DNA from: a cyanobacterium endosymbiont of Braarudosphaera bigelowii
GTDB taxonomy: Bacteria > Cyanobacteriota > Cyanobacteriia > Cyanobacteriales > Microcystaceae
DNA: 32,000 nucleotides
Assembly (NCBI RefSeq): GCF_020885515.1
Contig: NZ_AP024987.1
Coordinates: forward strand, 810,001-842,000
Reading direction: 5' to 3'
Shown here piece by piece: positions 1 to 10,266 of this stretch. The translations under genes and the position numbers were made by a program. Positions within the stretch are counted from its first letter, which is position 1. Each line of letters opens with the position of its first letter. The notes beneath the pieces were generated by a model. That model was not told the DNA's origin. It saw only the letters and a list, made by a program, of their open reading frames with translations, and searched no databases.

Positions 1-1
1 T

Positions 2-643
2 ATACCTATAATTGGAGGAGATGTTTGCTATTCTCCTACTAAGATAATTAGTATAACTGCTATAGGAAAGGTATATCCTAATCATGTTATTAAGCGCTCT
101 ATCGCTAAACCAAATCAAGTAATTCTTGTTACAGGCCATCATGGAATGTCAAAAGCGGGGCTAGAATTGCTATCAAATTCTCATTTGAAAAAATATTTAG
201 AGAAAGAAATACAACTTAAATTTATTAATGCTCATCAATATCCTGAACCTCGTTTAGATGTTTTACCTTATCTTAAAGATATTATGAAAACTCACAAAGT
301 AGCAGGAATGGATAGTAGTGATGGGTTGGCAGATGCAATTATTCAAATATGTGAAATGAGTGGTGTTGGTGCAGAAATAGAACAGTCTAAAATTCCTATG
401 ATAGATAAATTATCTAAATACATATCTAGAGAAGAAGCTTTAGAATGGGTTTTGTACGGGGGAGAAGATTTCGAATTAGTACTATGTTTACCTGAAGAAA
501 TAGCTTTCAAATTACTTCATAAATTAGGAAAAGACGCTCATATCATTGGTAGAATAATTAAGGAAAAATCTATTACTTTACTTAAAGAAAATTCAGAGTG
601 CTTGTTTCTAAAAACTTCTGGAGGATTCCAACATTTTTCTTAG
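2..643 (+). CDS. thiL: Thiamine-monophosphate kinase ThiL, 5'-truncated by the window edge
   Basis: The frame is open from base 2 (IPIIGGDVCYSP...). It carries AIR-synthase-like ThiL motifs: GGD near the start, DSSDGLADA and GGEDFELV. The ORF-track Met at 146 is internal. Confidence 0.8.
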   Translation: MPIIGGDVCYSPTKIISITAIGKVYPNHVIKRSIAKPNQVILVTGHHGMSKAGLELLSNSHLKKYLEKEIQLKFINAHQYPEPRLDVLPYLKDIMKTHKVAGMDSSDGLADAIIQICEMSGVGAEIEQSKIPMIDKLSKYISREEALEWVLYGGEDFELVLCLPEEIAFKLLHKLGKDAHIIGRIIKEKSITLLKENSECLFLKTSGGFQHFS

Positions 644-711
644 TTATAAAACTTCCATATCGAAAAACTTAAAAGGTAAGGACAACAGAGAACTATATTG
701 CCATTAAGAAT

Positions 712-1014
712 ATGAAAAATATCCCATTCTATACAATCGTAACGATTAATTTAATACTAAAAAATATGGAGATACAGGTAGGATTAGCGTTACCTCCTCC
801 ACAAGACATTCCTGAAGAAATACTACGTCATGAAGTAATTACAGAGGGACGTTCTGAATTAACTGGAGAAGTTCTAAATTCTTTAGAATATGCCGAGATG
901 CAAGAAAAGTTATCTAGAAGTTCTTATCATCCTGAAGTAAATACAAAACTAAAACATCTTGTATTTTTATTAAAAATTAGAAAGATGTTAAAAACTATTA
1001 TACCTATTTTATAA
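712..1014 (+). CDS. Small hypothetical protein of unknown function; true start may be the internal ATG at 766
   Basis: 100-aa ORF. The portion from MEIQVGLALPPPQDIPEEILRHEVITEGRS onward looks like a real, non-low-complexity polypeptide with an amphipathic basic C-terminus. I cannot assign a family. No Shine-Dalgarno precedes either candidate start. Confidence 0.45.
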   Translation: MKNIPFYTIVTINLILKNMEIQVGLALPPPQDIPEEILRHEVITEGRSELTGEVLNSLEYAEMQEKLSRSSYHPEVNTKLKHLVFLLKIRKMLKTIIPIL

Positions 1015-1105
1015 AAGATTTATTAGGACAATTATTTAAAAGTAGGCAGTTCTTTACTATAAATTTTATATAAAAAAATTATTTAAGGTAATCATAAAAG
1101 ATTAG

Positions 1106-2023
1106 TTATAGATTTGCATCAGCGTTTCTCCGCCAAGCCTTTGCTTTTATCCTTTTCAATGAAGAAGATGAAAATTTTTGCTGCCATTGTATCTCTGTAA
1201 GATTTGATATTTCTTCTAAATGAAGTGATATATTTCCAGGATAAGGATAAAAATCCTGAATGTTTGTCTCTTGAGAAAAGCGTTGATTCCAAGGACAGAC
1301 ATCTTGACAAAGATCACATCCGGCAACCCATCCATTTAGATTGTTTACTATATATTCAGGAAGATTTTCTGATTTATTTTCAATAGTATGGTAAGCAATA
1401 CAACGTCTAGAATCTACTACAAATGGACTAACAATAGCTTTCGTAGGACATATATCTATACATCGTCTACATGCACCACAATGTTTAACATGAGGAGTAT
1501 CACTAATTAAACTTAAGTTAGTTAGAACTACTCCTAAAAACACCCAACTACCAAATTCTTTAGTAATAATATTTCCGTTTTTGGCGATCCAGCCAATCCC
1601 TGAACGCTCTGCCCAAACTTTTTCTTGTATAGGTCCTGTATCAACGTAACAAACAGTCTTTATATTTTTCTTAGTTAACCATTTGCAGAAAAGCTTTAGC
1701 TTCTGCTTTAACACTTTATGATAATCTTTGCCCCAAGCATAACGAGAAACCTTACCATAATTTATATTATTTGAGTGCTTATGAGGAGTATAGTAATTTA
1801 AAGCAACAGTGATAACTGATCTGATATCTGGCATGCATTGAGTAATGTCAAAACGTTTAGGATTATTCATCCATGCCATATCTGCTTGATATCCTAAGGA
1901 TAGCCAATTTTGTAAATTATAAATAGCATTATCTTCATAAATTATATGAGGATTGGCGATACCTATTTTGTCAAATCCTATATCAAAAGCTTTATTCTTA
2001 ATTTTTCTAGTAGTCGATAGCAT
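1106..2023 (-). CDS. queG: Epoxyqueuosine reductase (tRNA queuosine biosynthesis)
   Basis: 305 aa with two ferredoxin-type 4Fe-4S cysteine clusters (CGACRRCIDICP, CDLCQDVCPWN). Overall layout is QueG-like, and the ATG start was verified. Confidence 0.9.
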   Translation of the reverse strand: MLSTTRKIKNKAFDIGFDKIGIANPHIIYEDNAIYNLQNWLSLGYQADMAWMNNPKRFDITQCMPDIRSVITVALNYYTPHKHSNNINYGKVSRYAWGKDYHKVLKQKLKLFCKWLTKKNIKTVCYVDTGPIQEKVWAERSGIGWIAKNGNIITKEFGSWVFLGVVLTNLSLISDTPHVKHCGACRRCIDICPTKAIVSPFVVDSRRCIAYHTIENKSENLPEYIVNNLNGWVAGCDLCQDVCPWNQRFSQETNIQDFYPYPGNISLHLEEISNLTEIQWQQKFSSSSLKRIKAKAWRRNADANL

Positions 2024-2080
2024 ATCAAAAATCCATTTAAGGATAACGAATAAATATTGTTCTTAAAACTGGTTGTAATT

Positions 2081-3226
2081 TCAATTACATTTAATCATTT
2101 TTCCATGTCTAGTTAATTTATATTTATTATTACGCCATATAACAGTCCGTTGAGTAAAAGCTAGTACCCAAAAAATTAAACCAAATAAATCTCTTAGAGG
2201 TAATAAATATAGACTCTTAATACTCTCACTATCTTTCATTTCTTGAGCTACTATAAAAGCACTGGATACTCTAATTAGTATTGTTATGATTAATACAAAT
2301 AAACTAATCATGCTTCTTTTCAACAGACAAAACATTATGGCGAATGGAATTGCTCTAATAAAAATAGTTGAGACAAAAGCTCCAGGTCTTGCTAAATAAG
2401 TGTTTTGATCCCAATACACTTGGTGATTCCACCAGGTTTTCCAACTTTTTAAGTCTACAACAACATCTATAATATAGGGTAGAAGTATCATACTTTTACC
2501 AGAAGTCCATACTCTTTTTCCAATTTCATAATCTTCGACAAGATAGTTTGCTAAACTTTTTAATCCTCCAAATGAATTCAAAGTTGATTTATGAATTGCA
2601 ATAGACGGACCTAAACATGAGTTGGATGCTCCTGTTACATAAGCAAAAATGACGCTTGGCATGAAGTCTGAATTAATTGTTAACATTTCTAATTTTTCAA
2701 ATAAGTTATTGGCTTTTGTAATTTTGAAAGGAGTACAAACGCAACCTACCTCTCCTTTAATAAAAGGTGCAATGATATTAGAAATGTAATCATTTTGTAA
2801 ACAAGTATCACTATCGCTTATTATAAGAAATTCGTGTTTTGCTTCATCAATTGCTCCTAGAAGATTATTAACTTTCCCATTCGCTCCTTCCTCAACTGTA
2901 CTAATAACAACAGAGATAAAGTCTTTACCTAATTCAGATTGAATTCTTTTTAAGATAGGATAAGCTGGATCATCTAATTCTTGAACAGAATAAATTACTT
3001 GGTAATTAGGGTATTGTTGTTTAACAACACTTCTTAAATTATTTTCTAAATTTTTTTCTAAACCTCTAACAGGTTTTAAAATTGATACTGGTGGAGTAAA
3101 ACCTTCATTTATAAAGGAATGCTTTAAGAAATATTTAGTTGTAAAAACAGTAATGACTGAAAAAATAGATCCACATATAATGGGGATCAAACAGAATAAT
3201 GATAGTGTGTTAAAAATATCTATCAT
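2081..3226 (-). CDS. Membrane glycosyltransferase, GT2 superfamily, ceramide-glucosyltransferase/HpnI-like (GT21-type)
   Basis: 381 aa with an N-terminal TM helix, then PPVSILKPVRGLE, a D-x-D region (ISDSDT) and C-terminal TM helices. This is typical of GT21/HpnI-like enzymes. The substrate cannot be inferred. Confidence 0.7.
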   Translation of the reverse strand: MIDIFNTLSLFCLIPIICGSIFSVITVFTTKYFLKHSFINEGFTPPVSILKPVRGLEKNLENNLRSVVKQQYPNYQVIYSVQELDDPAYPILKRIQSELGKDFISVVISTVEEGANGKVNNLLGAIDEAKHEFLIISDSDTCLQNDYISNIIAPFIKGEVGCVCTPFKITKANNLFEKLEMLTINSDFMPSVIFAYVTGASNSCLGPSIAIHKSTLNSFGGLKSLANYLVEDYEIGKRVWTSGKSMILLPYIIDVVVDLKSWKTWWNHQVYWDQNTYLARPGAFVSTIFIRAIPFAIMFCLLKRSMISLFVLIITILIRVSSAFIVAQEMKDSESIKSLYLLPLRDLFGLIFWVLAFTQRTVIWRNNKYKLTRHGKMIKCN

Positions 3227-3367
3227 AAATTTATATATCTTGGTTATACGATAGGATTAATATATATATACTAAAAACAGTTCTATATACAAAATAAAAT
3301 TTACTAAATAATTTTTTGGGGAGTATACCAATTGATCTACTTATATCTTTAATTATATTGAAAATAG

Positions 3368-3413
3368 AATAGCTTCTTAATCAGAAATATATATTTCTGA
3401 TTAAGAAGCTATT
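3368..3413 (-). terminator. Perfect 23+23 bp palindrome directly abutting the infC stop codon; probable intrinsic terminator or RNA-stability hairpin
   Basis: AATAGCTTCTTAATCAGAAATAT / ATATTTCTGATTAAGAAGCTATT are exact reverse complements, checked base by base. The infC stop codon occupies 3414-3416. Confidence 0.7.
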
Positions 3414-3953
3414 TTATTTTAATTCTTTCTTAGGACTCATTAACATCATCATATTTCGCCCTTCACGTTTTGGAGCTTGCTGAATTTCGGCTAATTCTTT
3501 TAGATCAGTTGCCATACGACTAAGTAATTCTTGTGCTAAATTAGCATGTTGGATTTCACGTCCCCGAAAAGTAATAGTTGCTTTAACTTTATCTCCTGAT
3601 TTTAGAAATCGCTTGGCTTGATTAACACGAACTTGATAGTCATGCTCATCAATCTTGTAGCGCATTTTTACTTCTTTAACATCAGCAGTATGTTGCTTTT
3701 TCTTCGCTTCTCTAGCTTTTTTTTCCTGTTCAAATTTATACTTACCATAATCCATGATTCTACAAACAGGAGGTTTGGCAGTTTCACTGACTAGTACAAG
3801 GTCTAGTTCTTGTTCTTGAGCAGTATTTAAAGCTTCTTCTGGGGAGATAATACCGAGCTGTGAACCGTCACTGTCAATTACTCGTATTTCAGGGAAGCGA
3901 ATTCTTTCGTTAATCTTTGGGAGATCGCGTTGTGTGCGTCTTTTATCTATCAC
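3414..3953 (-). CDS. infC: Translation initiation factor IF-3
   Basis: 179 aa with [41 protein letters not shown] and [14 protein letters not shown]. The first codon is GTG (plus-strand CAC at 3951-3953). Confidence 0.95.
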   Translation of the reverse strand: MIDKRRTQRDLPKINERIRFPEIRVIDSDGSQLGIISPEEALNTAQEQELDLVLVSETAKPPVCRIMDYGKYKFEQEKKAREAKKKQHTADVKEVKMRYKIDEHDYQVRVNQAKRFLKSGDKVKATITFRGREIQHANLAQELLSRMATDLKELAEIQQAPKREGRNMMMLMSPKKELK

Positions 3954-4690
3954 AGGCGTTTTTTAATGTTTCTCTATATGATATAAATGAACTACAATCA
4001 ATTTAAATCAAGACCTTTTGACAAGTCTTTTGCGATTGTAATAATTTCTTGCCAAGTTATGTTTACTTTAACCATGTATCTAGTGTCAATTTTAAATTAC
4101 TTATTTCTATAGTAATTTTACTTTAAAGTTAAGTATTGAATAACAACTTTTACAAAATCATAAAGTATAAATACTTATTCTAAGACAACTATATACTAGT
4201 CAATAATCTTGGGAAAAATAAAGTCATAATATTTCAAATAGTGACTTGAATTTAATGAACAAAAGTTAGACCTCCAATAATATCATTATGTAATTTTGCC
4301 TCGAAATTAATCTCTTAAATACAATACCTCATTTCTGGCTAGAATAATTAATTTTATACTTGATATTTTCTAAATTGAATAAAGTAAAGAAAGTTAATAC
4401 TATTTATAAAAATAAACTTTAAGTTAAAATCACTAAGTTCATAATAATTTTAAATATAGTTTTTTTGCAGACGTTACTTTAATATTTTACTTGTGTAGAG
4501 AAAACAATTGTTTTAATTTCTAAAATATTTTAATTAAATAATAAAAAATATACAAATAATTGTTCAATTCCATAAATGGCGAATAATAGTATCTTTATTG
4601 TTTAATTTTAAAAATTTGTTGAAAAATGAAATTTCAGTGACAGTAAACCGTTACCCTAGATTGAAGAGAAATCATAGGAGTGATACTTAG

Positions 4691-5989
4691 GTGACTATCA
4701 AAATTGGCTTATTAGGTTTAGGAGTAGTTGGAACGGGAGTTGCAAAAATTATACTTGATCCTTCAGGGCGTAACTCCCTTTTAAATGAAATTTCTATAGT
4801 AAAAATAGGAGTACGATCACTTGATAAATCTCGTCAGATAGATTTACCTCCAAATATAATTGGAACTGATTTAGAAAGCATAGTCAATGATCCTGATATT
4901 GATATTATAGTTGAGCTATTAGGTGGATTAGAACCGGCTAGAACACTCATTCTAAAAGCTATTACCAACAAAAAACATATTGTTACTGCAAATAAGGCAG
5001 TTATGGCACTGCATGGAGATGAAATTTATAAAGAAGCTTATATAGCTGGTATAAATGTCTTATCAGAAGCTACTGTTGGAGGAGGTATTCCTATTGTGAA
5101 AGCTCTCAAACAGTCTTTAGGTGCCAATCGCATTGAAAGTATTGTTGGTATAATTAATGGCACCACAAATTATATTTTGACAAAAATGGCTTCTACAGAC
5201 ACTAAATTTGAAACAGTTCTGATGGAAGCACAAGCATTAGGATATGCAGAATCTGATCCAAGTGCTGATATTGATGGATTAGATGCAGCTGATAAAATTG
5301 CTATCTTAGCTTCTTTAGGATTTGGAATACAAATCAATAGAAATGACATTTATTATGAAGGTATTCGTGGGATTAACTCTATAGACATAAAATATGCTAA
5401 GCAATTAGGATTCGTAATTAAATTATTAGCAATTGTAAAGAAAGTTGAAAATAATACTTCTAAAAAATTACAATTAAGAGTACATCCCACTTTGGTTCCC
5501 AGAGAACATCCTTTGGCTCATGTAAATGGAGTATATAACGCAGTATTAGTAGAAGGAAGTCCTTTAGGAGAAGTCATGTTTTTTGGAGAAGGTGCTGGTT
5601 CTGGGCCTACAGCTAGTGCAGTAGTATCTGATATTATAAATATTGCGGATGCTCTTAAGAAAAATACAATTATTGATTCTATTAGCCCTTCACCACATCG
5701 TATTAATAATAATTCATACGAGATAACTTCTATAGAATCAATTAAGACTCCTTTCTATGTTCGTTTTCTTAGCAAAGATCTACCTGGTGTTATAGGACAT
5801 TTAGGAACAATGTTTGGTAAATATAATGTTAGTCTAAAGTCAGTTGTACAAATTGGTTTTCAGGGAAACTTAGCTGAAATTGTTGTTATTACTCATCATG
5901 TTGATGAAGGTTCTTTTCGTACTGCTCTTAATAAAATGTGTACTTTAGAAGCTATTGATTGTATTCCAAGTGTTTTACGAGTTTTATGA
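4691..5989 (+). CDS. hom: Homoserine dehydrogenase
   Basis: 432 aa with the N-terminal NAD fold GLLGLGVVGTG, plus ANKA, GYAESDPSADIDGLDAADK and a C-terminal ACT-like domain. GTG start, with AGGAG 12-16 nt upstream. Confidence 0.9.
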   Translation: MTIKIGLLGLGVVGTGVAKIILDPSGRNSLLNEISIVKIGVRSLDKSRQIDLPPNIIGTDLESIVNDPDIDIIVELLGGLEPARTLILKAITNKKHIVTANKAVMALHGDEIYKEAYIAGINVLSEATVGGGIPIVKALKQSLGANRIESIVGIINGTTNYILTKMASTDTKFETVLMEAQALGYAESDPSADIDGLDAADKIAILASLGFGIQINRNDIYYEGIRGINSIDIKYAKQLGFVIKLLAIVKKVENNTSKKLQLRVHPTLVPREHPLAHVNGVYNAVLVEGSPLGEVMFFGEGAGSGPTASAVVSDIINIADALKKNTIIDSISPSPHRINNNSYEITSIESIKTPFYVRFLSKDLPGVIGHLGTMFGKYNVSLKSVVQIGFQGNLAEIVVITHHVDEGSFRTALNKMCTLEAIDCIPSVLRVL

Positions 5990-6621
5990 AAATTAATAAC
6001 CATTTTTCTATTGAAGATCCATAATTTTTAATTTTTCCCTAAAAATAGAATTATATGTGTAGTAAAAAAATAGTATTAAACTTCTTAATTTTGAGCTATC
6101 GTGATGCAGTTATCTGAAATCAACTTTTATAATAAAGTTGTATTAGTAAAATTATATTATATATATAACATCTATCAGATAGCTTGTTTAAAACTTGATT
6201 TATTCATTAAATATTATAAAAAAATTTCTGAATAACAAATTAATTCAATTAATAAAATTTCTTGTACATTGTGCATTAATAGTAACCAGACATTCTTAGA
6301 CAAAAGTAGAATGCATTAGCTATGTATTAATAAAATTACTATAAAGGCATCTACAAACTAACTGTAGATATATGGGATATATCTACAATCATCTTAATCA
6401 TGAGATAACCACCTTTATATATATTTATAGTATTTTATAAGTAATAGAAAAAACACTACAAAGAATATATGATTAGTCTTGAAATATAAAGTCTCAATGA
6501 TTTTATTAAAAATTAAAAAATTCTAAAATGATAGATTTATGATAAACAACTTTATAATATTTTATGTTAGTTCTTTCTTTTTACCAATATTCAAAAAAGC
6601 TCAGTTTTATTTAGCTAGTTC

Positions 6622-9258
6622 ATGCAGTCTTATATAAATTCCCAGCATTTTTATAAATGGATAAAATCACAAAAATTTGATATCAGCAATAATAATAATT
6701 ATGCCCTAATAGAAGCATGTATCATAGGCGTACTTTCAGCTATCGCTGCTTTGCTTCTAAAACAAGGAGTAGGCTATTTAGGTAGCTGGCGTATTACTTT
6801 GGCCAACAATTTTGGAGCTATATGGGTATTACCTTTTGGAGGCTTAAGTTTAGGTTATTTATCTGGCTGGTTAATTGAAAAGGCTTCTCCAACTGCAGCT
6901 GGTGGAGGAATTACTCAAGTAAAAGCTACTCTATATAGATATCCTATTCCATTATCTCTAAAGGTAGCAATTGTTAAGCTAGTTGGTACAGTTTTAGTCT
7001 TAGGAGCAGGTTCAATCCTTGGCCGTCGTGCTCCTACTGTTCACATTGGAGCTGCTTTAGCAGCACAACTTAATAGTTGGTTCCCCACTTCTCCTGAACG
7101 TAGAAGACAAATGATTGCTGCAGGAGCAGCAGCAGGTTTGGCTGCAGGTTTTACCACTCCTATCGCAGGAGTCCTTTTCGTTGTAGAGGAATTAATGCAA
7201 GATGTCTCTGGATTGACGTTAGAAACATCTATCGTCGCTTCTTTTACAGGAGCAGTAATTTCGTTACTTCTTCAATCATCAACACTTAATTTTCCTTCGC
7301 CTTTATTAAAACTTCCTAATATTAATTTTTCAGTATCTGAGATTCCATTTTATCTACTGCTAGGAATTTTAGCAGGAATTTTAGGAGCTTTGTTTAATAG
7401 AGGATTACTATTTAGTTTAAAAGTACAACAAAATTTTAATTTATCTCTATCTTGGCGTATTGGCCTATCTGGCATGCTTTCAGGTACTATAGTGGCTATT
7501 CTACCTCCTTTCTTTCAGGATAATGCTGGTTTAAGAATCGTATTAGTAACAGGAGGATTAAGTGGAGAAAAGATTTTATTAGTATTTATAGCCCACTTTT
7601 TTCTAACAATGCTTGCTTATAGCGCTAATACTCCTGGCGGATTGTTTAGCCCGGCTCTAGTTTTAGGGTCAGCATTAGGTTATTTAGTAGGGGATTTTGA
7701 AGCATTTTTAACAGGTACTGGATCAGAATCTACATATGCTTTAGTAGGTATGGGAGCTTTCTTTACAGCTGTAGTTAGGGTTCCTATTACTGCTATTGTT
7801 TTCGTTTTTGAGCTTAATAGAGATTTTAATATAGTACTTCCACTTATGATTACTTGTGCAACATCATACATAATTGCTGAAAATGTTTCTAGAGGATCGC
7901 TGTATGATCATATGTTAAAGGCTTTAGGAATTAGTACTGCTGAAAAATCAACTTCGCAGAACCTTGGCCATGAATTAATAGCATCTCAAATAATGCAGTC
8001 TAAGGTTGAAGTATTATCTAGTCACTTAACATTAGACGATGTACTTAAGAAAATGATGGTATCAACTCATCGAGGATTTCCTATAATGAGTAATGGAAAA
8101 TTAGTAGGAATTATTACTCAAATAGATTTAAAGAAATTATCCAATGTTTCACTGAGTACTCCTTTATCAGATTTTATGAATCCAGATCCCTTAACTATAA
8201 AGGCAGATGCATTCTTAAGTGATATTTTATATGTTCTTGATCATCATCAATTTTCTCGAGTTCCAGTCGTGAAAGAAAATAAACTAGTAGGAATAATAAC
8301 TAGAACAGACATCATTAATGCTGAAGCAAACAAAGTAGAAAAAAATATTTTAAGCCATAGTAGAAACCATGGTTCTTCATTTTATACAGTTTATCAAACC
8401 AGATCTTCTATAGCCGGAAATAATAGACTATTGCTGCCTCTTTTTAATTTAGATATAGACTTTTCTTTGCTCAAGTTTGTAATCTCGTTAGCTCAGAAAC
8501 AAAATAAAGAAGTTGAATGTTTACAAATAATAGAAGTACCAAAGTATAACAATTTAAGTAGGAATGAGATATTTACTGGACCTGACCGTCAGTTACTTCA
8601 AAGAGTTGAGATGTTAGGTTATCAATATGGAGTCCCAGTTCATACTCAAATTGTTATAACTCATGATGTTAAGCAAACTATTCTGGATATTATTCAAAAA
8701 AATCATATTAGTTCAATAATTTTAGAATGGCACAAGAAAAATATAGCCTCTCAAATACCTGATAATAAAGTAATTGACATACTAATAAACCAAACTTCAT
8801 GTGAGTTAATTTTAATTAAGTTAGTCTTAGGTAAAAAAGATTCATTTTCTGAGTTAAGTAAGTGTAACAATTGGCTTATTCCTATTTCTTATGAGTCTAA
8901 TGCTAAGCAAATTTTAAAATTATTATCTGAGTTAATTCAATTATATTCTTCTCAAAATCCTCCCAAAATAACATTGTGTTACACATTTTCATTAAATAGT
9001 AAAAGATTAGCTCATAAATTATTAGAAAAAAAAGCAAAATTATTAGCGAAAAAGTTAAATTGTGAAATATTTCCTATTTTTACCCGTTCTCGATCAACAC
9101 TCAAAACAGTATTTGAATTAAGTTCAACAAAGACATATAAAGTGATCGTATTAGGAATAAACCAAAAGGAATTGTCTAATTATGTAGTTCAACAGAAGAT
9201 TTCAAAACTTATTAACCAACACAACAATAGTACTATTGTTATAATTAAAGAATCATAA
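6622..9258 (+). CDS. ClC-family anion channel/transporter homologue fused to two CBS domains and two Usp-like domains
   Basis: 878 aa. The ClC core (residues ~30-430) aligns colinearly by eye with E. coli ClcA (LGAGSILGRRAPTVHIG, AAGAAAGLAAGF, PGGLFSP). A CBS pair covers ~450-565. Two alpha/beta Usp-like modules follow (~590-730 and ~745-878). Confidence 0.85.
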   Translation: MQSYINSQHFYKWIKSQKFDISNNNNYALIEACIIGVLSAIAALLLKQGVGYLGSWRITLANNFGAIWVLPFGGLSLGYLSGWLIEKASPTAAGGGITQVKATLYRYPIPLSLKVAIVKLVGTVLVLGAGSILGRRAPTVHIGAALAAQLNSWFPTSPERRRQMIAAGAAAGLAAGFTTPIAGVLFVVEELMQDVSGLTLETSIVASFTGAVISLLLQSSTLNFPSPLLKLPNINFSVSEIPFYLLLGILAGILGALFNRGLLFSLKVQQNFNLSLSWRIGLSGMLSGTIVAILPPFFQDNAGLRIVLVTGGLSGEKILLVFIAHFFLTMLAYSANTPGGLFSPALVLGSALGYLVGDFEAFLTGTGSESTYALVGMGAFFTAVVRVPITAIVFVFELNRDFNIVLPLMITCATSYIIAENVSRGSLYDHMLKALGISTAEKSTSQNLGHELIASQIMQSKVEVLSSHLTLDDVLKKMMVSTHRGFPIMSNGKLVGIITQIDLKKLSNVSLSTPLSDFMNPDPLTIKADAFLSDILYVLDHHQFSRVPVVKENKLVGIITRTDIINAEANKVEKNILSHSRNHGSSFYTVYQTRSSIAGNNRLLLPLFNLDIDFSLLKFVISLAQKQNKEVECLQIIEVPKYNNLSRNEIFTGPDRQLLQRVEMLGYQYGVPVHTQIVITHDVKQTILDIIQKNHISSIILEWHKKNIASQIPDNKVIDILINQTSCELILIKLVLGKKDSFSELSKCNNWLIPISYESNAKQILKLLSELIQLYSSQNPPKITLCYTFSLNSKRLAHKLLEKKAKLLAKKLNCEIFPIFTRSRSTLKTVFELSSTKTYKVIVLGINQKELSNYVVQQKISKLINQHNNSTIVIIKES

Positions 9259-9274
9259 ATCTTAAGAAGCTATA

Positions 9275-9763
9275 TTAAATATTGTTTGTCAATCCCGATA
9301 ATCCTGCATATGCAATGGCGATTGCGTCTACGCTATCATCAACAGGTATTGTTTGTAGATTAAATAATTGATTAATAGTCTGTGCTACGCTGTTTTTTGT
9401 AGCTTTCCCACTGTCTAAATAACGTTTCCAACTAGCTTGGTGAAGAAAAACTGGTTGAATTTGCGTTTCTCGATAACAAGCCAAGTTAATTACTCCTACT
9501 GCTTGTATTACTCCACCTGCAGCTTTAATAGTACGACTAAAAAAAGGCATTTCAATTGAAATACCATAAAAATTAAATTCACTCAGTAACTCTACTAAAT
9601 CATGTTCAATTTCTAAGAGTCTTTGAGATGTTGATAAACCTTTATTTGTTTGGATAACTCCATAATCAATAATTAATGGGGTCGATTTTGTATGAGCTTT
9701 CAAGATTGCCCATCCAGTTATAGCAAGTCCTGGATCAATTCCTAACCAAATTTTGTCAGACAT
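9275..9763 (-). CDS. ruvC: Crossover junction endodeoxyribonuclease RuvC
   Basis: 162 aa with the LGIDPGLAITGWAIL catalytic Asp region, IEMPFF Glu and a C-terminal DDSVDAIAIAY acidic pair. Confidence 0.9.
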   Translation of the reverse strand: MSDKIWLGIDPGLAITGWAILKAHTKSTPLIIDYGVIQTNKGLSTSQRLLEIEHDLVELLSEFNFYGISIEMPFFSRTIKAAGGVIQAVGVINLACYRETQIQPVFLHQASWKRYLDSGKATKNSVAQTINQLFNLQTIPVDDSVDAIAIAYAGLSGLTNNI

Positions 9764-10180
9764 TTGAATTACAATAAATGGACATAAAAACCTATATAGA
9801 AAATTGATTGTTTTTGGTCAATATCTTAGTTTAATAGATTGAATAGATTCGAGTAATTAATTTTTATAAAAGCATAATATAATCGAGTTAAATTTATACT
9901 AGAAAGTAAGTTATTGGATGAATAATATTTAATGATTATTTAAATAAAAACACTATATATATTATTTGACTTTGCTAAAGTATTCCGTTTTTCTAAAAAT
10001 TGTTTAGTTATAAAGCTTACTTGCTTAATTTAAGGCCGTTACTTACAAATAAAAAATTATTATTATTACATTATAAATTATTAATAATTAATGATATAAA
10101 CAGTACGATAATGTATAGAATAAATTTGTAGATGTTATCAGTTCCAATCGTAATAAATTTTTTAATTTGGATTGAAAAAT

Positions 10181-10196
10181 GTTCGGATATCCTCAC
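10181..10196 (+). promoter_or_regulatory. K-box-like element upstream of groEL
   Basis: GTTCGGATATCCTCAC fits GTTCGG-NNAN-CCNNAC at every specified position. That is the K-box pattern I recall as reported upstream of cyanobacterial groE genes; the consensus is from memory and should be verified. It lies 71 nt upstream of CIRCE. Confidence 0.6.
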
Positions 10197-10266
10197 CTTT
10201 AGGGTCTAGACTCCCACACTCTTTTTACTATGTAAAAAAAACTTTTTTAATCTCCTGCTTTAAGCA

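Noticed and set aside
6349-6387. ATCTACA / TGTAGAT(ATAT) / (ATAT)ATCTACA triplet giving two mutually exclusive hairpins (7-bp and 11-bp stems) about 235 nt upstream of the ClC gene, reminiscent of an attenuator
   Set aside because: By my rough estimate, perfect 11-bp stems are expected about once per window by chance at this AT content. There is no leader peptide, U-tract or known riboswitch core nearby.
10120-10132. 13-mer ATAAATTTGTAGA shared between the ruvC/groEL spacer (10120-10132) and the lpxD/gatB spacer (20736-20748), plus the 10-mer CATCTACAAA at 6348 and 27901, considered as a possible dispersed repeat
   Set aside because: A back-of-envelope expectation for ~8 kb of ~80% AT spacer on both strands is dozens of coincidental 13-mer matches. 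The flanking sequence shows no extended similarity.
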